DNA of 64,000 bases from Eledone cirrhosa (taxonomy: Eukaryota): contig OZ024745.1 in assembly GCA_964016885.1 (NCBI GenBank), forward strand, positions 82,460,001-82,524,000. Direction: 5' to 3'. A program made the translations under genes and the position numbers. Under the pieces are notes generated by a model. The model made no database searches. It saw only the letters and a list, made by a program, of their open reading frames with translations, and was not told the origin of the DNA. This document shows positions 40,141-54,537 of this stretch, in pieces. Position 1 is the first letter of the stretch; each line of letters opens with the position of its first letter.

Positions 40141-43100
40141 GGCGACCTACGTAGTAAATCGTATCATCGTGAGCTCTGCAAAGGTTTGTTATTTTCAGTT
40201 ATTTAAAATTGCCATTCATGGAAAATTTTTATTGTTAACTCTATATAAGTGCACATACATTGATTTCTGAAAAGGACACTAAAAAATATTGGGGCCTTGA
40301 GCCCAAAATTTAAACTTTTTATAATTATCAAACAAAAATTTTTCATTGAAAAATAATGGATTACTCAGAGTCACTCCTTCCTCACAATCCAACATCTCAC
40401 ACCGACACCACCATTGTAAATATTGCTACGTTTGCCAACACTGGAATTGTAAGCAGTAGCAATATTTTAAATTTGTCTCAGGCAGACGTTCATTTCCCGC
40501 AATTACCAATGACTGCAGGTGTTAAAGCCGCCACCACCACCCCACCACCACCACAGCGACAACAGAAACAAAAGAAAAAAATAAATTAACTCATGATATC
40601 GAAATGAATTCAACCAAAATTAACTCTTCCACTGACGCCACCACCACCACAACTGAAATTAAAATTAACAATAGCAAAATTGACGATAATAACACCAGCA
40701 ACAAACCCTCCCCCCACCTAATAAAATGGAGCAACATCGCCTATGCACCGTGTCTTATCCGACAATAAACATAAAATGTCGCCGAGTGGAACGGGCATCT
40801 GAGTTCCAAATCCAAAAAGCTTTGGGACATGTGTGGGCATAAAAACCCCACATCAGACGTGGGCAGAAGTATGGAACCGTGGACGTGTTCTTTGAAACAC
40901 CACAGGAGGCCAGAGAACACTCCATGGCCCCATTAAGAAGTGACGACTTCACACTCATCCCAAGCTATTGTGGCCAGAGACTTGTGAAGATCAGGGTGAC
41001 CCACGTTCCACCGGCCATCGAAATTCTCTGGCTAATGGCTGCCGTCCTCGCCGGCATCGAGGCCAACACCAAAATAATAGAAATAGCAAAAGAAAAGCAG
41101 GAGAACTGGTCCGGATCTGGGATGGAGCTCCTGATCCAAGCGGACCATAAAAGCATTGAGGAGATCCCAGAGGTAATAGACCTCACTGACGGCAGCCACC
41201 TCACCGTAATCGTCGAGGGCAGAAGCCCTAGGTGTGTCGTTTGTGGTGAAGGAACCCTCCTAAGGGCTTTCTCTGCCCTCAGGCTAAAAGGTTGAGGCCA
41301 CCTCTCTTACCCACCCCAGTGACTCAACCATCAACACCACCAGCAGCAGAAATAGCAGCAACAACTGTAGCAGCAACAACAGAAGCAACTGTAACAGCAA
41401 CAACCCCAGCAACAGTAGCAAAGCCAACACCACCACCACCCAACGCGCCAGAACTAGCACCAGCCCCTACACCATCCACCACGCCATAACGAAAACCAAC
41501 GCTTGTGGAGGATTTTCAACTCCCCGGCTTATCGCAACTGGAGACAGATTGTGACGACGAGGAGTGGGAAACGGTATCAGGAAAAAAGAAAAAAAAGAAA
41601 CCAAAAAAGAAAAAATTCTCTTCCTTCCCCATCCAAAAACAAAATGCAGAGGGAAACAAATAAATTATCGAACAACAAAGTTAAGACAGATATGCCACCA
41701 TCCACACCAGCATCACCAACCCCATCACCACAAACACCAATACCATCACCATCATTAACGCAACACCACCATCACCAACACCACAAAAGTCACCGAAAAG
41801 CGTAACAGAAACAAACCCACAATAAACGCAAACAAAACAAAACAACCAAAACGATACACACTACGCAGCATTAAATTTAAACAACAACCAATTATTACAC
41901 TACATGTAACACAACACCAGCATCACAGAAAAAGACTACACAACAACCCAAAAGTTCAAACCACCTCCGCACATACAAATCACTCGCATCACACAGAAAA
42001 CGTACACGACACTAAAACAAAAATTCGCCAAAGATATCGGAGACTTCCGACAAACACTCTCCAGGAGGATTTATAAGGACATCCTTCCGGAGGAAGCCAC
42101 AAGCAGTGAAAAGGATGGACAAACCGTCCTTCCTCTACGAGAAGTAAGGTAAGTGGTCTTTCCCATCTTTTCCACTCCATTTCAACATGACCTCACTCAG
42201 AATAGGCAGCATAAATACGCGTGGCTTGGGGTCGTCATGGAAGCAGGGCCACCTGCTCAACGACCTCAGGTCACTAAACATAGATGTAGTGGCCATCAGC
42301 AAGACCAGAATCTCCGAAGCACGGGCCTTCGCACCGATCTTCGGCGGCTACGATGTGTACACATCTCTCAGCCGTCCGGGATCAGGGGGAGGAGTTGCTG
42401 TGCTTTTTCGGAGAGGTTTGGACTTCGCCATACGGGCCATCTTCCTGGACCCAGAAGGTAAGTTGGTGGTGCTAGACGTGACCAGCGGAGACGGGCAAGC
42501 TTTCAGGCTAGTGGCCGTCTATTCCCCGACAGGAGCAGGGCGGCCTGATTTCTTCCGGCGTCTGGAGACCTTTCTTGGAACGTCCCGCTCTTTAGTGCTA
42601 GTGGGCGACTGAAACGGGATCTTAGATGCACGCTGGGACTGTGTGGGATTAGCGGATAGGGGAGGAGAGTACAAGAGCCTCACCAACCTGCTCAGTCGTT
42701 TTGAACTGTCTGACAGGTACCGATTGGATTTCCCGAATGTGCCAATGTGGACTTGGACAAATCGCATATGGTCATCCAGATCATATCTAGATAGAGTATT
42801 TTGTAGAGAAATAGATAGGTCTAGCAGAGGCTGTCCACAATTCAAGATAGTCAGCTACACGGACCACAAATTCGTGATCTGTGTGCTTGACTTAGATAGG
42901 CTTCATAGACGAGGACCCGGCTACTGGAAGCTAAACGCGTCCTTACCAGCGCGCAAGGCCTACAGAGACGTACTTGCGGCGAAATTGGCCCTTGACCAAT
43001 TCTTCAATGCAAAGCACGAAGGCTGCATTGTCAGAGCTAGGGTGCGTGCTCTCAGACACGAGGGAACGAAAGCCGTTCATGGGCCCGATTGGCGGAGGCG

Positions 43101-45381
43101 CGTCGTGGCAACAAAGCCACGATCCGGTCACGACACTTCGCTCAGTTGTTCGGGGGCAGCGGCGAGCCGGATCGGGAGAATTCCCAGCTCTGTGAGCCGA
43201 GGATCTGTGGCCCTGCTGAGAAAGGATCCGAACAAGGGGGATAACATAGATAATTTTAGGCCCATAACTCTACTAAACACAGAGTTCATGATTTTGGCCA
43301 AGGTGCTAGCAAAGAGGTTGGCGCTTGTCGTTGGTGGTATGGTAGGAGAGGCGCAGACATGCGCCATTCCCGACAGATCCATCCACGACAACCTCCACCT
43401 AAAGCGATACATCGTAGAGAGGGTAGCTAGGGAACTTGGCACGGGAGGGTCCTTGATCAATTTAAATCAGTCGAAAGCTTTCGATAGGGTCGACCATCGT
43501 TACCTAGCGGCAGTCCTGAGGGCAGCTGGTTTGGGGCCCGTCTTCAGAGGCTGGATCGTTGCCATGCACAGCGACATCTGCTCTGTGGTGAGAGTGAACG
43601 GTCACCTTTCGGAACCGTTCAACATCATGCGCTCGGTCCGCCAAGGATGTCCCCTCTCGTCCCTCTTGTACGTATTGACTCTCGAGCCATTACTGCACAA
43701 ACTGGAGACGTTGAGGGGGGTCCCGCGCGAACTAGGATGCGGAAGATCCGTGTCAGCATATGCGGACGATGTCACCGTAGTGGTGTCGAACGCCAAAAAC
43801 ATCGAGGTGATCGGCACTACACTAAGAGAATACGAAGCGGTGACAGGAGCAATGATCAACCAGGAAAAGTCAGTGGGCCTGCAGCTCGACACCTGGAGAG
43901 GCAGGTCTATGCCGTCCAACAGCGTCGTCGGGCGCTGGACGGACGGACCAGTTAAATTGCTCGGGGTCTGGTTCGGTCTGGATCTCCAGACGGACAAAAA
44001 CTGGGACGAGGTGACGAGCAGGATGGCTTCTCTCACCCAGAAATGGGCCGAGAGGAAGCAATCCCTGAAAGGTCGAGCGGAGGTGGCTAACGCGTATATC
44101 GCGTCCGTCATCTACTACCGCCTGACCATCGTACCTTTTCCTAAGCCCCGTCTGACTGTGCTGGAGCGTTTGCTCTTTCGCTTTTTGTGGAAGGGACGCG
44201 CTCCGATGGTCAGGCGGTCCATCTGCTGTCAACACCCGCTACGTGGAGGGCTGGGAATGCCGTGGCTGATGATGCGCAGACACGCGCTCAGGCTACGACA
44301 TCTCCACCTCTTCCTCGACGGTGATCAGGTGTGGTCTCCGTTTGCTAGACGCGTCTTTCCCCAGACGGAGCTGCAGTCCTGGGTCAAGCGAAGACCGAGA
44401 GGGAGCGCTTGGAGACTGGAATGTCTTCAGGTGCTCACAGCCCTCGACCAATCGGGCAATGTGATCGGTGGAAACTCCACCTTGGCGTTCTATAGAGGAT
44501 TAGTGGAGGGGAAGAACGACGACTTACTTGGGGAATCTCTAGGCGTCGACGAAAATCAACTAGCCAATCTCTTCGGAAGGACTTTCGGGCCGGGGCCTAT
44601 GGACAACTTCCAGAAATCCCTGGCCTGGCAGTGCAACCGAGGAGCTTTGCCAGTTCGGGATAAACTCTACAGGCATGGAGGTGCCGTCATCCGGGCATGT
44701 CCGAGATGCGCGCAGGGCGACGAAACCGTCCTGCACGCACTCGTCCAGTGTCCGAGCATTGCTGACTTGTGGGTTTATGTCGAACACCTGTTGACGCGTG
44801 TGGGACTGATCCAGCTATCAGCTGAGTCCATCGTGAGGATTTCCCCGCCCTCTTCCTTTAGCCGGGAAGGGCAGGCAGTTTTTATGTGTCTGGTGGCCAT
44901 GGCGAAAGAGATAGTATGGTGGACACGTTTGAAAGGGCTGAAGACGAGCACTTACCTCTTCGGTGATGCCCTGATTAACTTTTTCAAATTTCATTTGAAA
45001 AGGAAAATCAGGGTAGAAAGGGAAGTGCTCTCTTCCCAGCATTTTGTTGAAAGATGGGTGAGAGAGGCAAGAATGGCCCGAGTGAATGGGCCTACTCTGA
45101 GTATGTGTCTGTAAATTAAAGGTGGAAAACTGGGAGAGGGCACTTGCCCTGGTGGTCAGGGTCACTGTGGCCTTTTAATGGGCTTTCTCCACGAATGTCC
45201 CTCGGAAGTCTCCCCCCTATTGGGGAATTTTTTCATTGTTCTATTATTACATCCTCTGTTTCTTTTTTTTTTTTTATTTTTTTTTTTTACACGCAGAAAT
45301 GCCCATTTGTACCGCCCTGTATTGTCCTGTACTGTCCTTAATGTCTACTTTATGTAAACCATTGTGGTTAATAAAGAAATC
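40141..45381 (+). mobile_element. Near full-length L1/Tx1-clade LINE flanked by (ATT)n
   Basis: Broken ORF1 (40356-41800), APE and RT ORF2, AATAAA at 45370; (ATT)8 upstream and (ATT)7 downstream. Confidence 0.9.
42187..45114 (+). pseudogene. LINE ORF2: APE endonuclease + RT + CCHC, one in-frame stop (42610) and internal deletions
   Basis: SINTRGL, GGVAVL, VGD*N, SYLDR, TDH, GPGYWKLN, FRPITLLN, KAFDRV, VRQGCPLS, AYADD, GGLG, CPRC..H..C. Confidence 0.93.
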
Positions 45382-45416
45382 ATTATTATTATTATTATTA
45401 TTATAGACACACATAC

Positions 45417-45465
<49 letters not shown>

Positions 45466-45610
45466 TTTGAAATGCGCATAATAAAATACTTGGAACTCTT
45501 TTAACCATCTTTTGATCTTATATTATTTATACTCCACTCCTACAAACTGTAGAGTGCTACTTATCCGATATTTGCATTGCTTCGTTGTGCTACAATAAAA
45601 CTCACCTCCT

Positions 45611-45613
<3 letters not shown>
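45466..45613 (+). repeat. Solo PLE tail starting at the hammerhead GAAA (family of 23498/25290)
   Basis: tttttGAAATGCGCATAataaaata... between (TA)n tracts. Confidence 0.8.
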
Positions 45614-45642
<29 letters not shown>

Positions 45643-45888
45643 GGAATATTAGATAAAACTATCCACGACGCATAGTACTCACAACCTCTAACTGGATTAC
45701 ATATAACGATAACTTGTTATCCTATATATATAGGTAAGAAGTACTTACATGACCATAGTACCGTGTTTTGGGTCGAGAGGGGTAGGATTCCTATTAGATT
45801 AATAACTCCGGAAAACCAAATATGGTGGAGTGCTTCTAATCTATTGTAAAACTTTATTCATTAATTTATTCATTGAACCTTGTTTAAC

Positions 45889-45941
<53 letters not shown>

Positions 45942-45973
45942 CACACATACATATATATACATATACATATATA

Positions 45974-46005
<32 letters not shown>

Positions 46006-46149
46006 CATATATATACATACACACAAACGCACGTACACACAAACATACAAACGCACGTACACACAAACATACGCATAGCCACTCATACAAATACGTACAT
46101 ACATACACTCATAAATATACACAAATACACACACACATATATACAGTAT

Positions 46150-47230
46150 TAAGATGAAGTACGCTCTACATGCGGAAGGAGCTGATAGGTAAGAAGTACT
46201 TAGATGACCATAGTGCCGTGTTTCGGGTCGAGAGGGGGTAGGGGTATGGTGGGAAGGAGGTAGAGGGGGTATTTTGTCGAGTGAGGTTTAAAAAAAAAAG
46301 GAATCTTTTTTAAACATCTGGCATTAACACTGGCTTAAGGTATTTGAAAGTTGCAAAGTATTTGTGCATGCAATTCGGGCAGTGTTCAGAGAGTTTGTTC
46401 AGTAGCGGGCCCTTGGCAAATAATATTTCGTAGGTCTCTGAGATACAAAGGTTGCAACACTTGTGTCCTCCCTTGTATGAGCGCGCTATCTGGAGTATTT
46501 TCCATTTAAGTGTGAAGGGGGTGGAGTTATTTTTCGGTCCCAGACATAGGAGGCGAGTGTTGTCTGATTTGATTTGTACGGTCTCCTGAAAGAGTGTGTA
46601 TGGGAATACCACCGGGTCTTAACATTATTGGAAGTCACGCCGATGTAAGTCTGTTTGTTGTTGCTATCATCGATGCCTGAGATGATACCACATTTGTATC
46701 CGATGTCATTTGTCAGGCATTTGTTTTCAAGTGGGCAGGCTTCCTTATTTAGGCAATTGCACAAGGCTTCAGTCTGGGGATTGGCTTATTAAAATTTTTA
46801 GAATTGAGATTGGCTATATTACTAGCTAGGTTAGGTGTAGTGGAGTAGGAGAGTCTTATAGTGTTCTTATTGAAGATGATGTAGTACCTATGTTGTATGT
46901 GTTCAGCAAAGTGAAGAAAGTCCTAGCTATAGGTGTAGAGACCTCTCTATTGAAGGTGAGGTAGGCGTGGGATTTTACCAACTAATCTGTTTTTGCATAT
47001 TCCTCCTAGGTAGTCTAGCGGTGGTTTCTATGTAAGTTATCTTTTCTTTAAATCCGCGCTGCGGGTGAGGGCGTCGTTGTAGTAGGAGGCAGAGGCGTTA
47101 AATACATCTTCATTGGCCGAGAGGCCAGAGATTCTAATTGAGACGCTTTTTACTAAGTTATCAGTGATCTTTTTGGGTGGTTAGAATTAACATTAATATA
47201 TCTAAGGGACTCGTTAGGTTTGTGGTACGG
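46150..47230 (-). mobile_element. Degenerate PLE fragment (thumb + GIY-YIG)
   Basis: PYHKPNESLRYINVNSNHP; CNCLNKEACPLENKC..YIGVT; CNLCISE..LLNKLSE..CMH; frameshifted. Confidence 0.85.
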
Positions 47231-47261
<31 letters not shown>

Positions 47262-47349
47262 CTTATGGATACACACGCACGCACACATTCATACGTACAC
47301 ATATACATACATATATACACACGTACACACACATATACACACACACACC

Positions 47350-47400
<51 letters not shown>

Positions 47401-47401
<1 letters not shown>

Positions 47402-47590
47402 GTTAAAGAATAAAGATTAACATGGTTGGCTGTACAATAAGGGCTCTATTTAATTATTTCGTTGATCATGTGGGTCTAGAGTTCGCTAATCGCTTGAGGT
47501 TGCGCTATTCGATCTCCAATACATTATTCACCTCTGATCAACACATCAGAGTACGTAGATACCAACCATGTTAATCTTCATTCTTTAACT
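47401..47590. repeat. 190-bp unit with 29-bp inverted ends
   Basis: agttaaagaataaagattaacatggttgg ... ccaaccatgttaatcttcattctttaact. Confidence 0.7.
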
Positions 47591-48570
47591 ATTATTACTC
47601 TAAGTATAACTTGCACAGAATTACCGCGAACTCGCTGCATAACTATGGAAGTTTGTTGTTGAGTCAAAACAAGTCGTACGTTAAAACTATCGACGACGCA
47701 GAGTACTCACAACCTCTAACTGGATTACCTATAACGATAACTTGTTATCCCATATATATATATATATAGCGTGAAACTAAAAACCATATCATTTGTACTA
47801 CTTCTCTGTTTTTTGTTCTCTGTTCATATTTGTATATATTTGTATATGTGTACGTGTGTATGTACCATTATGTATGTTTGTTGTGTATGCGCCTGCCTGT
47901 GTGTGTGTGTGCGTGTATGTGTGTGTACGTGTGTGAGTGGGCGCGTGTGTGAAAGTGCTTGTCGACACCTGGAATATATATTAAGAGAAACTTCACAATA
48001 AGGGGAATCACCCCAACACTTGAATCTGTTGATGGAACCCTTTCTGCCTTTGACACCCTTATTTCAGCCTTAAAGAATTAGCTTCTACAGAATTTCCCTT
48101 TTCTTTAAACCAATGAACCCCACCCATCCTGTAGACACCTGTCTTAAAGGGATTGTTAGCCTAAGTGATAAACAAGGATTGGTATTCCAAATTTGAATTT
48201 GTTTACAGCATTCTTTCTGCCTTTGTTAATATTAATTAAAGAATTAGCTTTTAATGGACTCCCTTTTCTTTAAATCCTTCAACCAATAAGCTCCACTCAC
48301 CCCAAACCCCACCCTCTCCTACCACCAGAAAAGAAAAGATATAAGTACCACCAATTACTTGGAAAGACAGCTTTGAAACAGTTCTAGTCCTGTAGAAGCT
48401 CTTCTATATTAAACCTTTTATACTCTGCTATGTATTGAGTACCTTACTTACTGTGGTTACCTCCGACTCAACCCGGAATAACTTATATATATATATATAT
48501 ATATAGTGGTAGAACACTGGAAGGTAATATCCGTAGTGCTAGAGCACTCAGTCTATGGGACGAGTTAGGT

Positions 48571-48673
48571 AGAAGTGGTTACACAACAGTTAGCTCACCA
48601 TACCGAGAAGAATTGTTTCACCTAATGTGAAAAAATTGTTCTCGGTATTGTGAACTAACTGTTGTGTAACCAC

Positions 48674-48677
<4 letters not shown>
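48571..48677. repeat. Fold-back palindrome centred in hammerhead stem II (38740 family)
   Basis: ...gaattgtttcacc taat gtgaaaaaattgttctcgg... Confidence 0.8.
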
Positions 48678-48769
<92 letters not shown>

Positions 48770-48860
48770 TTGAGGTTGGTAATGGCACATGGAATATATA
48801 AGAGACAGAATACTTTTTTGTGAAAAAACATATAAGGTAAGGAAAGAATAAAGGGTATAA

Positions 48861-48908
48861 AAAATGACCGGTTTCGATGGGTCTGCAAAAGCCATCTTTT
48901 CAAATGTT
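48861..48908 (-). ncRNA. Hammerhead, U3-A8 (UUGAAAA) variant
   Basis: aacat TTGAAAA GATGG cttttgcagac CCATC GAAA CCGG TC atttt; inverted tail copy at 49326-49445 starts at tcGAAA. Confidence 0.75.
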
Positions 48909-49256
48909 GATTAATATTAAGAAAAATTAATAATAAGAAGAGTTAAAATTTGAGATTTGAAAATTCAAGTATAAAATTCAGTGTGGGATTTCATAGTAGT
49001 TTTCATCTTGGTAGCAGCAAGTTGACTGCTGTGTGCCTTTCTGGTAGTGAATGAGGAGTTATTTGTGGGGAGTGGTTTTTTTATAAAGGTCAGATTTAGC
49101 AATGGCCAGATGGCCAGCTGCTGGTCAGTGAGGGGGTGGAAGCAATATACATACATATATCTCCCTGTGGTCGGTAGAAGAGGGGAGAGTGATAGAAAGG
49201 GATTTAGTGCACTTACACCTATATATACACACATACCCTCATCCACACACACATGC

Positions 49257-49329
<73 letters not shown>

Positions 49330-49549
49330 AACCGGTCATTTTTTATACCCTTTATTCTTTCCTTACCTTATAAAATTATGTTTTTTCACAAAAAAGTATT
49401 CTGTCTCTTATATATTCCATGTGCCATTACCAACCTCAATTTTCTCTATAACCTTAGTTTTGTGTAGAAACTTACACTTTTCATATATATATATACATAT
49501 AGGTATATATATATACATATGTATGTATATATATATATACACACACACA

Positions 49550-49608
<59 letters not shown>

Positions 49609-49710
49609 ATAATAATAAATTTGAAGACTAAAATCCAAAGAGGGCTCGATAAGGATAAATATATATCAAATATATAAGAACCGTAGAGCAAAAATTTATT
49701 AAAATAACAG

Positions 49711-49756
<46 letters not shown>

Positions 49757-49927
49757 AAAAAAGTCTGGGCCCTTACTCTTTTCCCGTTACCCACTCTACT
49801 ACCCTAAGTATCAAGTAATCTGGTGCGTTATGGTCCACCTGGTTTCTTACCACACTTTCTTTGTCATATATATATATATATATATATATAAATATATATA
49901 CATATATGTAATTTAAGTGTCTATATA

Positions 49928-50011
<84 letters not shown>

Positions 50012-50786
50012 GAGAGAGACACTTAAATTGCAGTAGAGGTTATATTATGGCGTCGGGACTTGTTGAGAGCCCTTTTATGTTTTCTATAGTGAGTGAAATT
50101 TGAACCACACTAATTAAACTTTACAGGGATATGTCGATAACTTATAATTACATTTGTGAAAGATGACTAACCGAATAAATACCGAGAGATTACTACACAA
50201 CTAAATTAGCTGGAGAATGACTTTATTGTTTAATTAGTGTTCAAATTTGCAATTTACTTCATTACTTTGTTAATTAGAGATCTATTGACTAAAGAAACCC
50301 CACATGTGTAGCAAGGTAATTTAGATCAATTCATAATAAATAAAAGCATTTGCTAAAAACGTACTATTTATTGACAATCACTTATTGATAAATTCCGGAA
50401 TATATAGAGAATATGTGTCCAGAATTATACAATCTATTGGGATTTAAATGATCACAAAGCTTTGTGTTAATAAAAGATGGGGAAATGAGATCTCGATGGT
50501 TTTACTCCTTTTACAAAGTAGGTGAATTTGAAATTTTGACAAAGCATAGTTGTAGTTGTATTGGCGAAGCTTATCTCTTCATCGTATAGATAAGACGTTC
50601 CCTGGCAGATTAGATATTGTGTTTAAATTGAAAATAAAATGTAACTACCAGAGATTAGTTTTAAATTGTGCACACGCACGCACGCCTACATATATATGCA
50701 CTTAGGGAAATAAGCAGATGAACATTCCTCCACCTACATACACAGCAATACACAGCTGGAAAATTTATACATAAATATTCCCTTAC

Positions 50787-50864
50787 CTTGATATTTTAGC
50801 GAGATTCTGTTGAACTGGAGACTGTTCTGTGAAAATATAAGGATCATACAATCTAATGTGAACA
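50787..50864 (-). CDS. Candidate 78-nt internal exon of an unidentified host gene
   Basis: T12-CAG acceptor, AG|GTAAGG donor, length divisible by 3, open in two frames (e.g. VHIRLYDPYIFTEQSPVQQNLAKIS). Confidence 0.55.
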
Positions 50865-51562
50865 CTGAAAAAAAAAAAAGGTTATATTCAAGATAGAAAA
50901 AATAAATTATTTGTAATAATCGTTGGCATGATCTGAATATTAAAAGAAAATTGCGTTTTCTTTCTAGTTTTAGACTTGAATCCGTTTTTAGATAGCTTTA
51001 GATTTCTTGTATCAGTTTCGAGTGAAATACAAGTAACGTATTTAACAAGTATGAGAAACAATATCAGAGATCCAAGATCCTTTTTTAAAAAAAAGTTGTT
51101 TTGAAGATGCCATAAGGAAGCAATCTTACATTTAAGCACATTTTATTTCTATTGTCTCAGTTGGTTATATTTTAAAATTAAATTTGACATTTAAACATTT
51201 TAAACATCAGTAATGGATTTCAAACCAATTCCATTCAATTTAATTTTTATAAAATTAGTGATTTCTTTCCATCACACATTACTCAATCGGTTTTAAATTT
51301 ACCTCACAAACTTTGTCGTCATGTAATATATAGGGAAGAGTACTAGCTAGAGTTTTTCAAAAGCGATAATAGAATTTTGAAATTTAATGAAGCACTTTTA
51401 TCTACAACGTTTTGACAGCTTACACTGATGAGATGTTTTTCATATTTATATCCTGACTATTGGCCATGTAAATTAAAAAGGGAATATCGACAATAATATT
51501 CCGGTTTTAGTAAGACCAAATAATGAATTGAAATGAAAAGTCAAAACTGAAACAGTGAATAA

Positions 51563-51637
<75 letters not shown>

Positions 51638-51677
51638 CGTGTATATATAAGAAAATCTTTGCTCTACATGGTTGAAT

Positions 51678-52088
51678 ACAATAAATGTGATCTGAGATTT
51701 TCGAATATTAATAATTGTTTCTACTTTAGGCACAAGGCCAGCAATTACCCAGTACATTACTGGTACTTTATTTTATCGACCCCGTAAAGATGAAAGGCAA
51801 AGTTAACCTCGGCAGGATTTGAACTCAGACTGTAAAGGGACGTAACTATGCTATAAAACATGGCGTCCAACCCTCTACCGATACTGCCAATTCAACATTC
51901 GATTCGTTTGTAATTAAGCAAACAAGCCTCAATTTATAGCCATGTCAGTAGAATGCCAGACCAAGAATGAAGACTTCATTATACTGACATGGCTATAAAG
52001 TTGAGTTGGCTATAAAGTTGAGTTGCTTGTTTGCAAACGAATCGAATGTTATTATTAATATTCGAAAAACTCAGATTACATTTATTAT
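51678..52088. repeat. Fold-back element interrupted by SINE family 1 (51716-51891, minus strand)
   Basis: Arms 51678-51714 + 51893-51950 pair with 51980-52088. Confidence 0.75.
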
Positions 52089-52191
52089 ATATATATATAT
52101 ATATATAAAATATATATATATATATATATAGATATATATAGAAGCTTTCACCGTATTTTTGACTAAAGAAATTTTAGCCTGATAATGGGGT

Positions 52192-52261
52192 TTAGAACCT
52201 TCAGATAAATGGAAAAAGATGAGTACAATACTCATCTTTTTCCATTTATCTGAGGGTTCTA
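52192..52261. repeat. ~33-bp-arm hairpin
   Basis: tcagataaatggaaaaagatgagta caa tactcatctttttccatttatctga. Confidence 0.85.
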
Positions 52262-52301
52262 TTTCTAATTTCAAACTTGCTCACTGTTTCAAAACATACT
52301 T

Positions 52302-52332
<31 letters not shown>

Positions 52333-52335
52333 ATA

Positions 52336-52553
52336 GGAACGATCGACCTTCGTCAAATCGGACCGAGGGAACAATGTTTCCGTTGGTCTTTCCAATTGCT
52401 AATACTATCTATCGGTCGCAACTCCAGGTAGAAGGAGCAACGTGAAATAAAGTGTCTTGCTCAAGGACATAACGCATCGCCTGGTCCAGGAATCGAACTC
52501 ACAACCTTACGATTGCGAATCCAATTTCCTAACCACTCAGCCACACGCCTTCA
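52336..52553 (-). mobile_element. tRNA-derived SINE, family 2
   Basis: A box TGGCTGAGTGG, B box GAGTTCGATTCC, TGTCCTTGAGCAAGACACTTTA (V/Meta-like core). Confidence 0.85.
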
Positions 52554-52561
52554 CACACACA

Positions 52562-52856
<295 letters not shown>

Positions 52857-52896
52857 TATTAGGATTGGTACTCTGAAACAGCGATGTATACATCAT

Positions 52897-53066
52897 TGTA
52901 TGTATAGTATATTTGGCAATATACCGTATGTTTAATTAAAAACATTTAGAAGACCATATGCTATCAGTTTAAGTGACATAGTCACTATTTTAAAACTGAT
53001 AGCGCATGGTCTTCTAAATGTTTTTAATTAAACATACGGTATATTGCCAAATATACTATACATACA
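52897..53066. repeat. ~80-bp-arm fold-back hairpin
   Basis: tgtatgtatagtatatttggcaat... / ...attgccaaatatactatacataca. Confidence 0.88.
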
Positions 53067-53429
53067 TTTATATATATTTATTTATATAAATAACAGATTA
53101 AAGTTTAAGCAAAGAATCGCTGCTTTCATCCTTAACGGGGTCTTCTAAAACTAGAAAAAAACTCAATCTGTGGACGCAGAAGTAAATATTTCGAAAAACG
53201 TTACAACAGAAGGAAAACAGGAAGACGATACGTTGATTTATGAAGACGTTCCCTGGCAATGAACGAAAAAAAAGCGAAGATAATACGTCGTTCTGTGGAT
53301 CGTTGAGAACAATTACACGCAAAGGCAAAAACATGTTTATGGTATAAATGGAGTCATTAGACTAAAATTCTCTTTAGAATAACCGAATGATTCCAGCTCC
53401 GGAGTTTAAAATTAATGTAAATATATATA

Positions 53430-54537
53430 TACTAGTAGAGGAACCCGGCGTTGCTCGGATATTAAATAGCAATTGTGTATACCATTTATGTCAATACTTC
53501 AGTGCTGCTTCGAAAACTATACTTTTACAAAATCATCGTTTTTTTCCAAAAGGGGGTTCCTGCCCCCAGGGGTTCCTGCCCCCAGGGGTTCCTGCCCCCA
53601 GGGGTCCCCTACCCAATATATGCCAATTCTGAGAGTTCACATTCATCTGTAGGACAAACGTAGCCTATGTGTCAAGTTTTGTGAAAATTGGTTGCGAACT
53701 CCAGAAGTTATGACGTTTTGTTGTATTGCACTGCAGTGTTTCAGTCGACTCCATGGAAGTGGTTAAAGTGGTTATAGGGGCTATCCGCCGGGGGCCCTAT
53801 AATCAATATCTGGATAAATGACAGTGCCCATGACCATCCGGAGTACATAAGTAACCTAAGTCTTAAGTTTGGTGAAAATACTGTAGAAATGCATAAGGTT
53901 TATACATACGCGCGTGTATGTGTGTGTGTGTGGGGGTGGGTGGGGGGGTATGTATTTATGTGTACGTATGTATGTGTATGTCCGTCGGGGCATACGTATG
54001 TACTGGCCTAAATCTTCACTATTTACTTTTACTCTTTTAATAACCTCTGTCATTTTCGTTTTCAATTTTATTTACATCATTCTTAAACTCCGGGGCTGGA
54101 AATCATTCTGTTATTTTAAATAGAATATTAGTTTAACGACTCCATTTATACCATAAACTTGGTCTTGTCTTTGCATGAAATTGTTCTTAACGCTCCACAT
54201 AACGACATATTATCCTCGCTTTTTTCCCGTTCATTGCCAGGGAACGTCTTCACGAACCAAAATATCGTCTTCCTGTTTTCGTTCGGTTGCAACGTTTTTC
54301 GAAATAATTACTTCTGCGTTCACAGATTACTCTGTTCAATTTGAATGGGAAATTCCTGTTTCATCGATTTTTTCCGTAACCATGGAAGATTGTAGCTTGA
54401 AAGTCGGCCCAACGCCTCCTCGGGTCGTTCTGCATAACTGTGTAAATTGTCGCTGCATTCCACCAAGCCGTTTGGACGTTTATCCGACTACAACTACATA
54501 TACAACGTCCGACCACTTCCAATTTATATAGTAGATT
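53430..54537. mobile_element. Helentron/HINE-like non-autonomous element
   Basis: Start ACTAGT..CCCGGCGTTGCTCGG, internal (ggggttcctgccccca)x3, aagttt.gtgaaaat motifs, end TTTATATAGTAGAT. Confidence 0.6.

Noticed and set aside
42610-42612. In-frame TGA as possible selenocysteine
   Set aside because: It falls at the aromatic position of GD(F/W)N in a decayed LINE, so TGG>TGA is simpler; no SECIS identified.
51420-51471. TTACA-CTGATGA...TGTAA hammerhead-like segment
   Set aside because: GAAA and the NUH site are missing.
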